64,000 nucleotides of DNA from positions 17,546,001-17,610,000 of the forward strand of contig NC_043023.1 in the NCBI RefSeq assembly GCF_006345805.1, in the 5' to 3' direction. Each line of letters begins with the position of its first letter. Within the stretch, counting starts at the first letter, position 1. A program made the translations under genes and the position numbers. Origin of the DNA: Octopus sinensis. Taxonomy: Eukaryota. The notes under the pieces are model-generated. The model was not told where the DNA came from, did not search any database, and saw only the letters and a list, made by a program, of their open reading frames with translations. Below, piece by piece: positions 1-12,031 of this stretch.

Positions 1-12
1 ACAAGTAAAAGA

Positions 13-256
13 GTACTATTTAAGAAGAGTGGTCCCGGTGCGCGCACTCGTGTACTCGCGCATCCGCGATAGCTAGTCGTGACTAGTCGATCCTACAACG
101 ACTACCTAGCGAAGTAAATAAAACACAAAATAAATAATTTTTTTACACAAAGTAAATAAAACAAATACAGAGTACGGATCGACTAGTCACGACTAGCTAG
201 CGCGGATGCGCATGTACGCGAGTGCACGCACCAGGACCACTCTTCTTAAGTAGTAC
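13..256. mobile_element. Foldback/MITE-like element with ~81-bp GC-rich inverted arms
   Basis: 13-93 (GTACTATTTAAGAAGAGTGGTCC...GACTAGTCGATCC) is a near-perfect reverse complement of 176-256; the spacer is AT-rich. Confidence 0.75.
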
Positions 257-298
257 CACCATTTCATTTAATCTTTCGAAGTCGATAAAATTAACGAT

Positions 299-700
299 AG
301 GCGCAGGAGTGGCTGTGTGGTAAGTAGCTTGCTTACCAACCACATGGTTCCGGGTTCAGTCCCACTGCGTGGCATCTTGGGCAAGCGTCTTCTGCTATAG
401 CCTCGGGCCGACCAAAGCCTTGTGAGTGGATTTAGTAGACGGAAACTGAAAGAAGCCCGTCGTATATATGTATATGTATGCGTGCGTGTGTTTGTGTGTC
501 TGTGTTTGTCCCCCTAGCATTGCTTGACTATCGATGCTGGTGTGTTTATGTCCCCGTCACTTAGCGGTTCAGCAAAAGATACCGATAGAATAAGTACTGG
601 GCTTACAAGGAATAAGTCCCGGGGTCGAGTTGCTCGATTAAAGGCAGTGCTCCAGCATGGCCGCAGTCAAATGACTGAAACAAGTAAAAGAGTAAAAGAG
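299..700 (+). mobile_element. tRNA-derived SINE, family A (full length)
   Basis: A-box-like TGGCTGTGTGG, B-box-like GGTTCAGTCC, internal (TA/TG)n, tail GAAACAAGTAAAAGAG; other copies at 9927/13550, 41817 and minus-strand fragments. Confidence 0.85.
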
Positions 701-840
701 AGAGTCGAGGTAAAAGAGAAAGTGTTAATATCATCCGATATCCAGCAATAACAGAGAAACTGTATAAGCTAGAGAAGAGAGTCAAACAATTGAAATTTAG
801 CTGGGGAAATTTCAATACATTTCTCTACTGATTGTGTGTA

Positions 841-1319
841 CCGTAAATCCTCGAGTATAATCCGCATTTTCCCCCCAAAATTTAAAGGTCAAAATCCCTA
901 GTGCGTACTATATACGAGGTTAAAAATGAAGATTATTTTCTAAGCAATGTCCGAGTCTCTATTTGCTGTCCGGCAATGCTTATTCAGACGCAATTTGTGA
1001 TGTCGGGCGTGAAAATACCTTAAGCTAAGCCTGAAAGCAATGAAGTCATAAAAGAATCATCCATAACTTGCAGTAATCAACATTTATTAAACGTTATTAC
1101 TGTTATTTCTTTATTTTCTGCAAACAAAATGCACAAAAAAAGCTACACGTTTGCATTATGATATATATACAATACTAATAAAGGACGTTACCGTATACAT
1201 TTTATATAGACCTCCTTGACTCAAGTTAGAGAAGGGGTGCGTATTATACACAAGGTTTAGGTTTTTCAGAGGTACAGCCCGTTAAAAATCCCCTACGTAT
1301 TATACTCGAGGATTTACGG
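841..1319. mobile_element. pogo/Tc2-type MITE
   Basis: Perfect 21-bp TIR CCGTAAATCCTCGAGTATAAT (841-861 / 1299-1319); TA on the left flank only; no ORF. Confidence 0.8.
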
Positions 1320-1867
1320 AGGTTACAAACATTAATGTGAACAACTGGAATTTATCTTGAAAACTACGCGCCTTCACTAGTCAGTAAAGGTGAGACAGTG
1401 TCACGTGACAACTTGCTGGGCCTGCCTGCTGGAGCCTAGCGGCAGGTATTTAAAGGGTAAAATTTGACAAGTCAAACAGTCACCGGCTGACACTCGCTGA
1501 CGATACATCGAAGAGGCCAGGGAACAGAAGGAAGAAGACATGCACCCAACACCAGAGCTGAACACACACCCGGAAGATGGGGGGTCACGCCACGTCAAAA
1601 CGGTAGAGGGGTAGGGGCCGAAACCGGACGTGGTTCTTCCTGATGATGTCTTGAGCTAACTGGATCCTATAAAGGAGCTGTTGTGGTAGCAGACCACGAA
1701 ACACGGTTGTATCATGTGTTGTCTACATATTTACAGACCTCAGCTACACCTCTATAATGTCTAAAACCTTTCGTGTAAAACTACAAAGAAATTGACGATA
1801 ACACTTTTACAATACAGTAAAGTGTGAGTGTAAATCTATCTCTAGCAGACGGAGCAACTTTCTAAAG

Positions 1868-2065
1868 CAGTGATTTTCAAACTTTTTGCTGGAGCGGAAC
1901 CCAAAAGGAAACATTCCACTGGCTCGAGGAACCCCTGTGCAATAATTTAATAGTCTTATGCACACATATCTGCACAGGAGAATTAAAAATTACTGCCGAT
2001 TTTAACAGTTTTGTAACTTCTTGCGGAACCCTAAGGTTCCGCGGAACCCTGGTTGAAAACCACTG
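1868..2065. mobile_element. hAT (Charlie-like) MITE, copy 1
   Basis: Termini CAGTGATTTTCAA...TTGAAAACCACTG; near-identical to 2221-2440. Confidence 0.8.
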
Positions 2066-2220
2066 ATCTTATGTATAATATTGTAGATAGTATTACTGGC
2101 TGTTGTTGCTGTTCAGCCCCGGGTCAGTCTAGATCTAACAGATGTATGCCCAGATATTCCAGCTGTGACCATTCCATCTTTTATTCAGGCATAGTGTATC
2201 TAGGAGTACATTATCTAATG

Positions 2221-2440
2221 CAGTGCTTTTCAAACTTTTTGCTGGAGCGGAACCCAAAAGGAAACATTCCACTGGCTCGAGGAACCCCTGTGCAATAATT
2301 TAATAGTCTTATGCACACATATCTGCACAGGAGAATTAAAAATTACTGCCGATTTTAGCAGTTTTGTAACTTATTGCGGAACTCCTGCACTGTACTGGCG
2401 GAACCCTAAGGTTCCGCGGAACCCTGGTTGAAAACCATTG
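2221..2440. mobile_element. hAT (Charlie-like) MITE, copy 2
   Basis: Termini CAGTGCTTTTCAA...TTGAAAACCATTG; followed by TTCTAAAG, identical to the 8 bp preceding copy 1. Confidence 0.8.
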
Positions 2441-2823
2441 TTCTAAAGGGTTTCTCGGTGGCTTAATACTCCTGTTTAGCCGTAGCTCAGCTGTGACTGA
2501 CCAGGTCAACAGTCAGAGACAGCAAAGGAAGTAAAGAAGAGAGTCGAATGAAAAATAAAGTCTCAATTCAATGATTGTACATCAGATGAGAGGGTCATAA
2601 ATGGATTACGATGTAAATTATAGAAAACTAGGAGTGTTTAGATATGAAAGAATTCAGACACCACAAAAAACGTGTTAATGAACACTTACAAGGGATTTAT
2701 TTTATGAAAGGCTCCAAAAGGGAAAGCTGATACTTTATAATTTGCTACAGTTTTGTGGTTTATTTCGTCACCATAGTGACGGTCCAGGTAATAATTCCGC
2801 AGTAAATAAATCTCATTTGTGTT

Positions 2824-3414
2824 GGCGGAACTGGCAGGGATGTTAGCACGCCGGGCGAAGTGCTTCGCAGTATTTCGACCGTCGCTAATTTCTGAGTTCA
2901 AATTCCGCCGAGGTCGAGCCTTTCATCCTTTCGGGGTCAATAAATTAAGTACCAGTTAAGCCCTGGGGTCAATGTAATCGACTTAATCCGTTTGTCTGTC
3001 CTTGTTTGTCCTCTCTGTGATTAGCCCCTTGTGGGTAGTAAAGAAATAGGTATTTCGTCTGCCGTTACGTTGTGAGTTCAAATTCCGCCAAGGTCGACTT
3101 TGCCTTTCATCCTTTCGGGGTCGATTAAATAAGTATCAGTTACGCACTGGGGTCGATGTAATCGACTTAATCCGTTTGTCTGTCCTTGTTTTCCCCTCTG
3201 TTTTTAGTCCCTCGTGGGTAATGAAGAAATAGGTATTTCGTCCGCTGCTACGTTCTGAGTTCAAATTTCGCCGAGGTCGACTTAGCCTTTCATCTTTTCG
3301 GGGTCGATAAATTAAGTAGCAGTTACGCACTGGGGTCGATGTAATCGACTTAATCCGTTTGTCTCTCCTTGTTTGTCTCCTCTATGTTTAGCCCTTTGTG
3401 GGTAGTAAAGAAAC
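2824..3414 (+). mobile_element. SINE family B, head plus three tandem ~185-bp bodies
   Basis: B-box GAGTTCAAATTCC, core GCCTTTCATCCTTTCGGGGTCGATAAATTAAGTACCAG (resembles the Deu/Nin SINE domain), tail GCCCCTTGTGGGTAGTAAAGAAATA; units restart at ~3049 and ~3232. Confidence 0.85.
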
Positions 3415-3446
3415 AGATACTCGAACGAGAATTCAATAAAATTAAA

Positions 3447-3484
<38 letters not shown>

Positions 3485-3974
3485 ACACACACCTATACAC
3501 AGAGAGAGGGAGCGAAAGAGATCGTTTTGAATCATGGCGCAATTGAACCGGAATCTAAATCAAAAAAAGGTATTTTCAAACACAAACTCGGAAAGGCAAA
3601 TGACTAAATGTACTAAGGCTCCGAATATTTGCTGATAAAAGAAATGAATGGATTATTTTTTTTTTCATTTATAATAATATTGAGAGTTTCGTACAAAGCA
3701 CATATCTTTACAGGTTTCAATTTATGCGATCAGACTTTAGCTTCGGTTAATTCGCGACCGAAAGAAATAGATTGACTACACTTTATAAAGCAAAATATTA
3801 TGAGTTTCCGAATGTCGAAGAACGAAAATAACGGAGAAACAAAATAAAGCAAAATGAAAGGGAACTATAAACAGAACTAGTGCGCATTCACCAGAAAAAA
3901 ACCCCCCAAAAAACACGGACAGTAACTCTTATTACATCCCTTTATTCGTAAATAATTTTATTGTCTGTTGGTAA

Positions 3975-4451
3975 CCGCGAGCTGGCAGAAACGTTAGCAC
4001 GCCGGGCGAAATGCCTAGCCGTATTTCGTCTGCCGTTAAGTGTTCTGGGTTCAAATTCCGCCGAGGTCGACTTTGCCTTTCATCCTTTCGGGGTCGATTA
4101 AATTAAGTACCTATTACTTTACTACCCACAAGGGGCTAAACACAGAGGAGACAAACAAGGACAGACAAAGGGATTAAGTCGATTCCATCGACCCCAGTGC
4201 GTAACTGGTTCTTAATTTATCGACCCCGAAAGGATGAAAGGCAAAGTCGACCTTGGCGGATTTGAACTCAGAACGTAACGGCAGACGAAATACGGCCACG
4301 CATTTCGCCCAGGGTGCTAACGGTTATGCCAGCTCACGGCCGATTAAATTAAGTACCAGTTACGCACTGGGGTCGATGTAATCGACTTAATCCCTTTGCC
4401 TGTCCTTGTTTGTCCCCTCTGTGTTCAGCCCATTGTGGGTAGTAAAGAAAT
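3975..4451 (+). mobile_element. SINE family B interrupted by an inverted family B copy (4112-4340, minus strand)
   Basis: 17-bp TSD CGATTAAATTAAGTACC at 4095-4111 and 4341-4357. Confidence 0.85.
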
Positions 4452-4502
4452 TTATATACACAGAATCTCAGACAGTGTTTCAGGGAGAAAAAACAACAAA
4501 GT

Positions 4503-4712
4503 ATTCTCTTTTATCTCGAACTTGTTTCAGGCAATACACTGCGGCCATGCTGTGGCACCGCCTGAAGAATTTTTAGTCGAATAAATCTACCGCCGTACTT
4601 GTTTGTTTTTCTTTTTTGTCCTTTCTTAGTAAGGCTGATACTTAATCTCTTTGCTCAATCGCGATACGATGGGGGCGTAAACACACCGACAGCTGCTGTC
4701 AAGCGGTGGCAT
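4503..4712 (-). mobile_element. Decayed SINE family A 3' half
   Basis: Reverse complement of the family A tail (CTTGTTTCAG...GCGGCCATGCTG...GTAAACACACC). Confidence 0.6.
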
Positions 4713-5164
4713 GTTGCAAACACTGAAATGCACACACGCATACACACACAAACAAACATACACATATAAAGATACACATCCATACATACACACATGGTAC
4801 ATAGTTACATAACACGCACACACACAGACATGCACACACAAGGAGACGGAGGTGCATACATATACAAACACATGCTCACACACACACACATACATAGAAA
4901 ATACACACACACAGACATGCACACACATGAATATGCAGGATACATACATACAGATGCACACACATACATATATACATATGCATACACACACATATATACA
5001 TACATAAACATGCAAACACACACACATACATACAAACGTACATGCATGCATGTATAGGCACACACACATTCTGACCCACTGACCCCCACACATGCGCACA
5101 AACAAGCAAAAGGGAGCGCAGTGTAAATAAGGGACAGAGTCAAAAACTATTGAAACGGTTGCAA

Positions 5165-5378
5165 GACGCAACGAAAATTTTAGGAAAATAAAAAAAAGGA
5201 CAACAACGCGAGGACGTGGAACAAATACAGTATTATTGGACGCTCAGGAAAGAAGGAAAGAAGGAGGGTTTAATGTTTCGAGCGGAGCTCTTCGTCGGAA
5301 ACATAGGAACAGGAAAGATCCAGAGAAGGGAAGACAGAGGAAAAAAAAATCGCCAACGGTACACACGCGGTCACATTA
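5165..5378 (-). repeat. Interspersed repeat of Penelope pseudo-LTR type with a degenerate hammerhead core
   Basis: Reverse complement of the 24130-24340 and 24539-24737 segments; minus strand reads CCGACGA-AGAGCTCCGCTC-GAAAC. Confidence 0.5.
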
Positions 5379-5529
5379 ATGAGGGTTCAGCAAAGATTTG
5401 CTGAACCCTTATTAATAAGTATTACTTAAGTTTACCGTGAAATGGTCCTTTTTTCATACCGAATTCTACTTGGTGAAATTATTGATTACTTCTTAATTAA
5501 TTAATTTTACCCTTTGTAAGGGTTTGTAA

Positions 5530-5970
5530 GGGAAATAACTATATAAGCATTTTTAGAGAGTTACTTCCCTTATAGATGCCAATTCGGGCTTTCTTAGCCA
5601 GTTCTGTTTTGGTGTCTTCAAGCCATGAAGTCGTTGTTCTAAAAGAACGCTGGTCTCCTTGACAACGCTTTACGACGTTGATTTCCTTACACTCCCTTCC
5701 CCACAGGTGCAGCTGTGAGCGTGGACGCCAACTCCGCCGCCATCGACACACGAAAAATTATGCATTAAAATGGAATAAAAAATGATGTTAAATTATTTTT
5801 AAAATCGTAGACTCATCGTAGATGCGCGCTATTACTCAGACGGGCTCGATATTAATCACGACTATAAGATACCCGAATTTGGTTAAACTGCACCGCAAAA
5901 TGTAAGAGTAGTTAGGAATCTAAATCGAAGGGGACAGACACTCACACAACTACAGTTTTATATATATAGA
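5530..5970 (-). mobile_element. Possible non-autonomous Helitron/Helentron end
   Basis: Minus strand starts TCTATATATATAAAACTGTAG, a Helitron-like 5' terminus; the extent is approximate. Confidence 0.35.
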
Positions 5971-6621
5971 TATGTATATATACATACTGTCGCAATGATT
6001 ATGATGATTATGATATATAATCCTTTTGCATTCACGCCTCAACTCCTACCGCAACACTCGTTGCTCAATAGAATATATGCTTGGGTATTTCGATAGGTTT
6101 GAGACGTAATTCATTGCACAATTGTGAATATCTTTTGTATCTTATCAATATGGTGACCATCCCACATATAGACACATAGAAACGCACACACATTCGCAAA
6201 CACGTGCGTGTGCGTGCGTGTGCGTGTGTGTTCGTACATACATATGCGTAGGCATTATATAATTGTATAAAATCATACACTATATAAAACTTTGTAAACT
6301 TTATTGCATTTGAGAACAAATGAAATTAGAGACTTTTCTGCTTAACATCCCAAGAAATCTCCGCCTCACACTTACTCGCACACAAACACACACATGCACA
6401 CAGATGTATGTGTGCGTATGTATCTGTGTGCGTACAGTTTTATTCTCTCATATTTTGTCTTTGGTCAGTGACCTAGAGGTTTGTTATCGCAGCAAATCGA
6501 AGTGTTTTACTCAAACTGAATACTGTATGTGATTGAAGCCTTCTGTTTATTGTTTCTTTACCTTTTGCCTAACTGCTAACTTACATGTACACACACACAC
6601 ATACATACACACGTACACACA

Positions 6622-6657
<36 letters not shown>

Positions 6658-6709
6658 CCTAAATCTAATTTTTCCCTGTAAGTTTGGATTTATTCCCTAT
6701 TATATATAT

Positions 6710-6743
<34 letters not shown>

Positions 6744-7093
6744 ATATATATATAGATATATATATATATATATATATATACAATACATATAAAGGGTGAA
6801 ATATAATTAATAAAATCAATAAATTTCACCTCGTAGACTTTCGGTATGGAAAGGACCATATTCGGTAAAAAATATATATAATTATAATAAAGGGTTATTT
6901 GCAACAAGTTGGTGGTTTAAGCAACTTGTTGTAAATAACCTTTATTATAATTATATATATATATATATATATACAGACACACACGCACATGTATATATAC
7001 ATCTACATACATACACATACCTACAAAACATACATACATACATACATAAATATATATGTATACATATATGTATATACACACACAGACAGACAG

Positions 7094-7127
<34 letters not shown>

Positions 7128-7358
7128 GCGGCGAGCTGGCAGAAACGTTACCACGCCGGGCGAAATGCGTAGCCGTATTTCGCCTGTCGTTACGTTCCGA
7201 GTTCAAATTCCGCCGAGGTAAACTTTGCCTTTCATCCTTTCGGGGTCGATAAATTAAGTACCAGTTACGCACTGGGGTCGATGTAATCGACTTAATCCCC
7301 TTTGTCTGTCCTTGTTTGTTCCCTCTGTGTTTAGCCCCTTGTGGGTAGTAAAGAAATA
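7128..7358 (+). mobile_element. SINE family B, single full-length copy
   Basis: GCGGCGAGCTGGCAGAAACGTTA...AAGAAATA, inserted in a (TA)n tract. Confidence 0.85.
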
Positions 7359-7589
7359 TATATATATAAAGACATATCTTCACATCAGGTTAAATATATA
7401 CATCGTAACGTATATACACAAACATTTAAAAAAAAACTGTCCGATTTACATAATATTAAAAATGTTAAAATGAGGAAATTACACAATAATTTAATATGTG
7501 TGTATGTATATGTGTATATATGTATTTATGTATGTATGTATGAATGTATGTATTATGAATGTATGTGTATGTGTGTGATTTACTGAGTC

Positions 7590-8200
7590 ATCACAAGCTT
7601 AAATTTGTAAATCAGTCAAAGGCTTTTTTAAAACTGAAGTCGAAATAAACAATAGCATTCTTTGGGAGAAAGCAATCAAATTCTTCCAATGTTTTTCTAA
7701 CTTACGGCCGTTTCACTTATGGATGACTATAATACCGTCATCAATGTATAATCCTACTTCTATTAAAGGGCATTTTAGATGCAGGTTAAGCACAATATCA
7801 GTTCCTATAACCATACACAACTCCGCCGCATCATATTTCCCCATCGGCACCTCGAACAGAGAATCCTCACTCTTTTTGACACAGGTGGAAACATCGTAAA
7901 GAAGGGATTTCCTTGATTGCAGGAGAATATTTTCTAGCTACCGATATTGACATACTGCTTGTCGAAGTCTATGCTTTAGAAGCAAAGGCCTAGATTTTGA
8001 CAGGTAAATAGCGACTATATCGAACTGCGTAAGTCTACCATTATGATTATGGCTAATTCCATTGGACCAAGGTATCACTGACTGGCTATTTTTCCAAATC
8101 TGTAAGTTTAATTCCGAATTTAACTTGCTTAAAATACGATATAAAATGTATTTGCTAATAATGTCTATATCAGTTTTAGCTGGGTTATATATTCTACATT
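7590..8200 (-). mobile_element. Penelope-like reverse transcriptase fragment (decayed)
   Basis: Minus-strand translation gives LFEVPMGKYDAAELCMVIG and YIDDGI, resembling Penelope RT motifs. Confidence 0.7.
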
Positions 8201-8211
8201 AAGAGTTTTCT

Positions 8212-8274
8212 ATATGTGTATATTTCAAAACAGATATATATATATATACACGCATATAATATATATATATATAG

Positions 8275-8309
<35 letters not shown>

Positions 8310-8470
8310 ATATATGATATGTATATATGTGTATATATATATATATATTATTATATATATATATGTATGTATATTATATATATATATATAATATATATAA
8401 TATATATATGTATGATATTATATAATATGTATTATAATAATATATATATATATATAATATTATATATCTG

Positions 8471-8501
<31 letters not shown>

Positions 8502-8521
8502 TATATATGTATATATATAAT

Positions 8522-8552
<31 letters not shown>

Positions 8553-8608
8553 TATATACATATATATATACATATATACATATATATATACATATATACA
8601 TATATATA

Positions 8609-8659
<51 letters not shown>

Positions 8660-8694
8660 TATATACATATATACATATATATATACATATATAC

Positions 8695-8731
<37 letters not shown>

Positions 8732-8771
8732 CATATATATATACATATATACAGTATATATACATATATAC

Positions 8772-8804
<33 letters not shown>

Positions 8805-8826
8805 CATTTATATATACATATATACA

Positions 8827-8857
<31 letters not shown>

Positions 8858-8962
8858 ACATATATATATTATATATACATCTATATATACATAATACATA
8901 TATATACATATATACATATATATATACATATATACATATATATATATATACATATATAATAC

Positions 8963-8993
<31 letters not shown>

Positions 8994-9273
8994 ATATATA
9001 ACATATATATATATATATATATTACATATATATATATATATATTACATATATCTATATATATATACATATATATATATATACATATATTATATATATACA
9101 TATATATATATATATACATTATAATATATATATATTATACATATATATATATATATATATATACATATATATTATATATATAGAATATATTATACATTAC
9201 ATATATTATAACATAATATATATATACAATATATATATACACATATATATATAGTACCTATATATATATATAC

Positions 9274-9304
<31 letters not shown>

Positions 9305-9320
9305 CATAATATATATATAC

Positions 9321-9367
<47 letters not shown>

Positions 9368-9382
9368 CATATATTATATAAC

Positions 9383-9413
<31 letters not shown>

Positions 9414-9481
9414 ACATATATATATATATACATATATATATATAACATATATATATATATACATATATAATATATATATAC

Positions 9482-9514
<33 letters not shown>

Positions 9515-9533
9515 CATATATAATATATATATA

Positions 9534-9587
<54 letters not shown>

Positions 9588-9637
9588 CATATATATATAC
9601 ATATATATATATATATACATATATATATTATATATAC

Positions 9638-9690
<53 letters not shown>

Positions 9691-9775
9691 CATATATTAT
9701 ATACATATATATATATATATATAACATATTATATATAATATACATATATATATATATACATATATATTATATATA

Positions 9776-9824
<49 letters not shown>

Positions 9825-9850
9825 CATATATATATATACATATATATATA

Positions 9851-9926
<76 letters not shown>
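8212..9926. repeat. ~1.7-kb imperfect (TA)n/(TACA)n microsatellite
   Basis: Directly visible; source of the spurious YIYI ORFs. Confidence 0.95.
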
Positions 9927-9961
9927 GCGCAGGAGTGGCTGTGTGGTAAGTAGCTTGTCTA

Positions 9962-12017
9962 ACCTCTGAACTGTTCGGACGTGTTATTTTGCTGCTCCGA
10001 TTGCCACGTTGTTTCAACGTGAATTGTTGAACTTTCGAGTCGACTAAAGGTAGGAATTTTGTATTTTTGCGGGCGAAGTGAAGTTTTATTACTTGCATTA
10101 ATGTTTTTTAGCATTAAATATTTTTTTGGCAGATAATAAGGCTCCACTTTGCTCCGGATATAATTTTTCTGCCTGTTGTCGGGTGTGAAGAAAATTGTGT
10201 TTTTTGAGGCGGCGTAGTCCGTCTACAAAAATCATTTTGAAATTGTCGTTGTGTCATCCACGGATTTACCAAGGATTATTTACCAAGGTGTTTTACCAAC
10301 AGTGTATTTGGCCTGGAATACAATTTTTGGCCGAAAAAGTGAACAAAAAAAAAAGAAAAATTAATTCCTTTGTCTGAATTTGAACTCTCTTTCTCCGTCT
10401 ATCATTCATTTGTAAAAAAAAAAGAACTTTCTTTGAACTGCCATTTTAATTTTTTTCTTCCCTTCTGTTGCTTGTTTTCATTCTCCTTTCTGTGTCTAAT
10501 TTATTTTGTAACATGTTTGAACTGTTTTTCTTAAGTTATGGCAAGGAATTTCACAGTGTGGGAATTAAACACCTCCCAAAAAATTTGAACGAACTTGAGA
10601 AAAGACAGTGGCTGAGGAGATATTCGAAGTCACTCGACACCATAATGGTCTTTCCGAAAGACACAATTATGAACGAGCTGGCAGGACTATATGCCAGCCG
10701 TTAAAACATATTCAACGGGGAGCCAAATACGCAACGATTTGGTTGCGTTTGACTCCCCTAAAGCAGCTTGCGATTTCGCGAGTAAGCCCATTGAAGGCAA
10801 AGAGATTCTGTTTCTCCCAAGCTATAAGGGGGAAAAATTGACACGTTTATGGGTCTGCGGCCTGCCGCCCGGCTTTGAGCCCGAGTGGGTGGAAGATTCC
10901 ATCCGCCGGGGTCTGAGTGGTGGTAGCGCCAAGATCCTGAACGTGAAAATGCAGCCTGCGGCTGACTGGGAAGGGGCAAAGGCTACTTTGACTCTGTGGA
11001 CCCAGTCGGCCAAGAGTCTGGTTTTGCCGGACTTCCTGAAGATGGCCGGGTCCAAGTATCCGGTGATGCTAGAGGGACGCGCCCCCAAGTGTCACCTGTG
11101 TTCGGAGACCGGCCATATTAAGAAAAACTGCCCCAGGAACCAGAGTAGGATCCTGGAGAAGTTAATATCAGAGCCTCTCCCTGCCCCACCAATGGAGGGA
11201 GAGAAACAAAGTGAGAAGGGGCAAAAATCCTCCTCCAAAAGAAAAAGAAGAGTGGGGAGCAATGGCGACCCACCAAAGGAACCGGAGGCTGCGGAAGTAA
11301 AAGAGGACCCGGTGCGTATAGCACCGGAACCTCAACCTCCCGAGGCCCATCGTAAAAAGAAAAAGAAAAAGAGGAACGGGACGCCACCAGCGGACTGTAA
11401 CACCCAGAGGGCGTCTTCCAGGTGTCCTCCGGCGATTGTGATGCCGGAGAAATTTTATGTAGTCCTCTTCCATAAAGGAGGCACTGTAGAAAATGAAATA
11501 CGTAAGAGGAGGAAGAGAAACGAATGGGAGGGACTTCGGTCCTGCATGGAGTATCCCGAGTGGCCTTCGCAGCTGGCTGCGGAGGTCCTACTCGAAAATG
11601 ATATGTGCAGGATCGAGAATTCTTTCCCGGAGGATCTCTTGCAAGTCATACCTGTATGCGGAAGCCTGACGATGGACGATTGCGTCATTAAAGCAAGAGA
11701 GTTCATCGGTCGGGTAACGTAAAATTGTAATTGTGTTACATTGTGACAGAGGTTTATTGCCTCTGAAGAGACTTTTTAAAGTGTAAATTGTAAATTGGAA
11801 TTTTTGTGAAAATTTTTTGAAATTTTTGTAATTTTTGAAATTTTGTAAATAATTGAAAAAAAAAAAAAAGAACATTGTTTTAGAGAAGCAAAAGTCGGCG
11901 GGCGCTTTCTGACTTCTCCCATCACCATATTCATCAATCACCACCATCATCCATTAATGTCCTTGTCCAGCCCGTAGCTACTCTTTGTGCTGCCCTTGTG
12001 GCAAATTAAATGAAATA
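9962..12017 (+). mobile_element. ORF1-only non-LTR retroelement 1 (HAL1-like, L1/Tx1-type)
   Basis: Bounded by AAGTAGCTTGTCTA (9948-9961, 12018-12031); 5' UTR, gag-like ORF1, no EN/RT, 3' end TGCCCTTGTGGCAAATTAAATGAAATA. Confidence 0.8.
10691..11722 (+). CDS. Retroelement ORF1 (gag-like nucleic-acid chaperone, CCHC zinc knuckle), 343 aa
   Basis: CHLCSETGHIKKNC = CX2CX4HX4C at 11090-11131, preceded by an RRM-like segment LWVCGLPP; Lys/Arg-rich tracts. The true N-terminus may lie in the overlapping frame ending at 10704 (frameshift). Confidence 0.8.
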   Translation: MPAVKTYSTGSQIRNDLVAFDSPKAACDFASKPIEGKEILFLPSYKGEKLTRLWVCGLPPGFEPEWVEDSIRRGLSGGSAKILNVKMQPAADWEGAKATLTLWTQSAKSLVLPDFLKMAGSKYPVMLEGRAPKCHLCSETGHIKKNCPRNQSRILEKLISEPLPAPPMEGEKQSEKGQKSSSKRKRRVGSNGDPPKEPEAAEVKEDPVRIAPEPQPPEAHRKKKKKKRNGTPPADCNTQRASSRCPPAIVMPEKFYVVLFHKGGTVENEIRKRRKRNEWEGLRSCMEYPEWPSQLAAEVLLENDMCRIENSFPEDLLQVIPVCGSLTMDDCVIKAREFIGRVT

Positions 12018-12031
12018 AAGTAGCTTGTCTA

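Noticed and set aside
299-375. tRNA-like A/B boxes
   Set aside because: SINE heads; no complete cloverleaf and contiguous with SINE bodies.
6880-6952. Short hairpin with ~32-bp arms
   Set aside because: Likely the junction of an inverted Penelope-type remnant; no evidence for a miRNA or terminator.
8214-10098. Many long YIYI/ICIY ORFs (also near 4.6-5.2, 23.3-23.9, 36.7-37.2, 42.2-45.1 and 55.6-55.9 kb)
   Set aside because: Translations of (TA)n/(CA)n microsatellites, with no coding signal.
10691-11722. 343-aa ORF as a host zinc-finger gene
   Set aside because: Intronless, enclosed by TSDs inside a SINE, and has retroelement ORF1 features.
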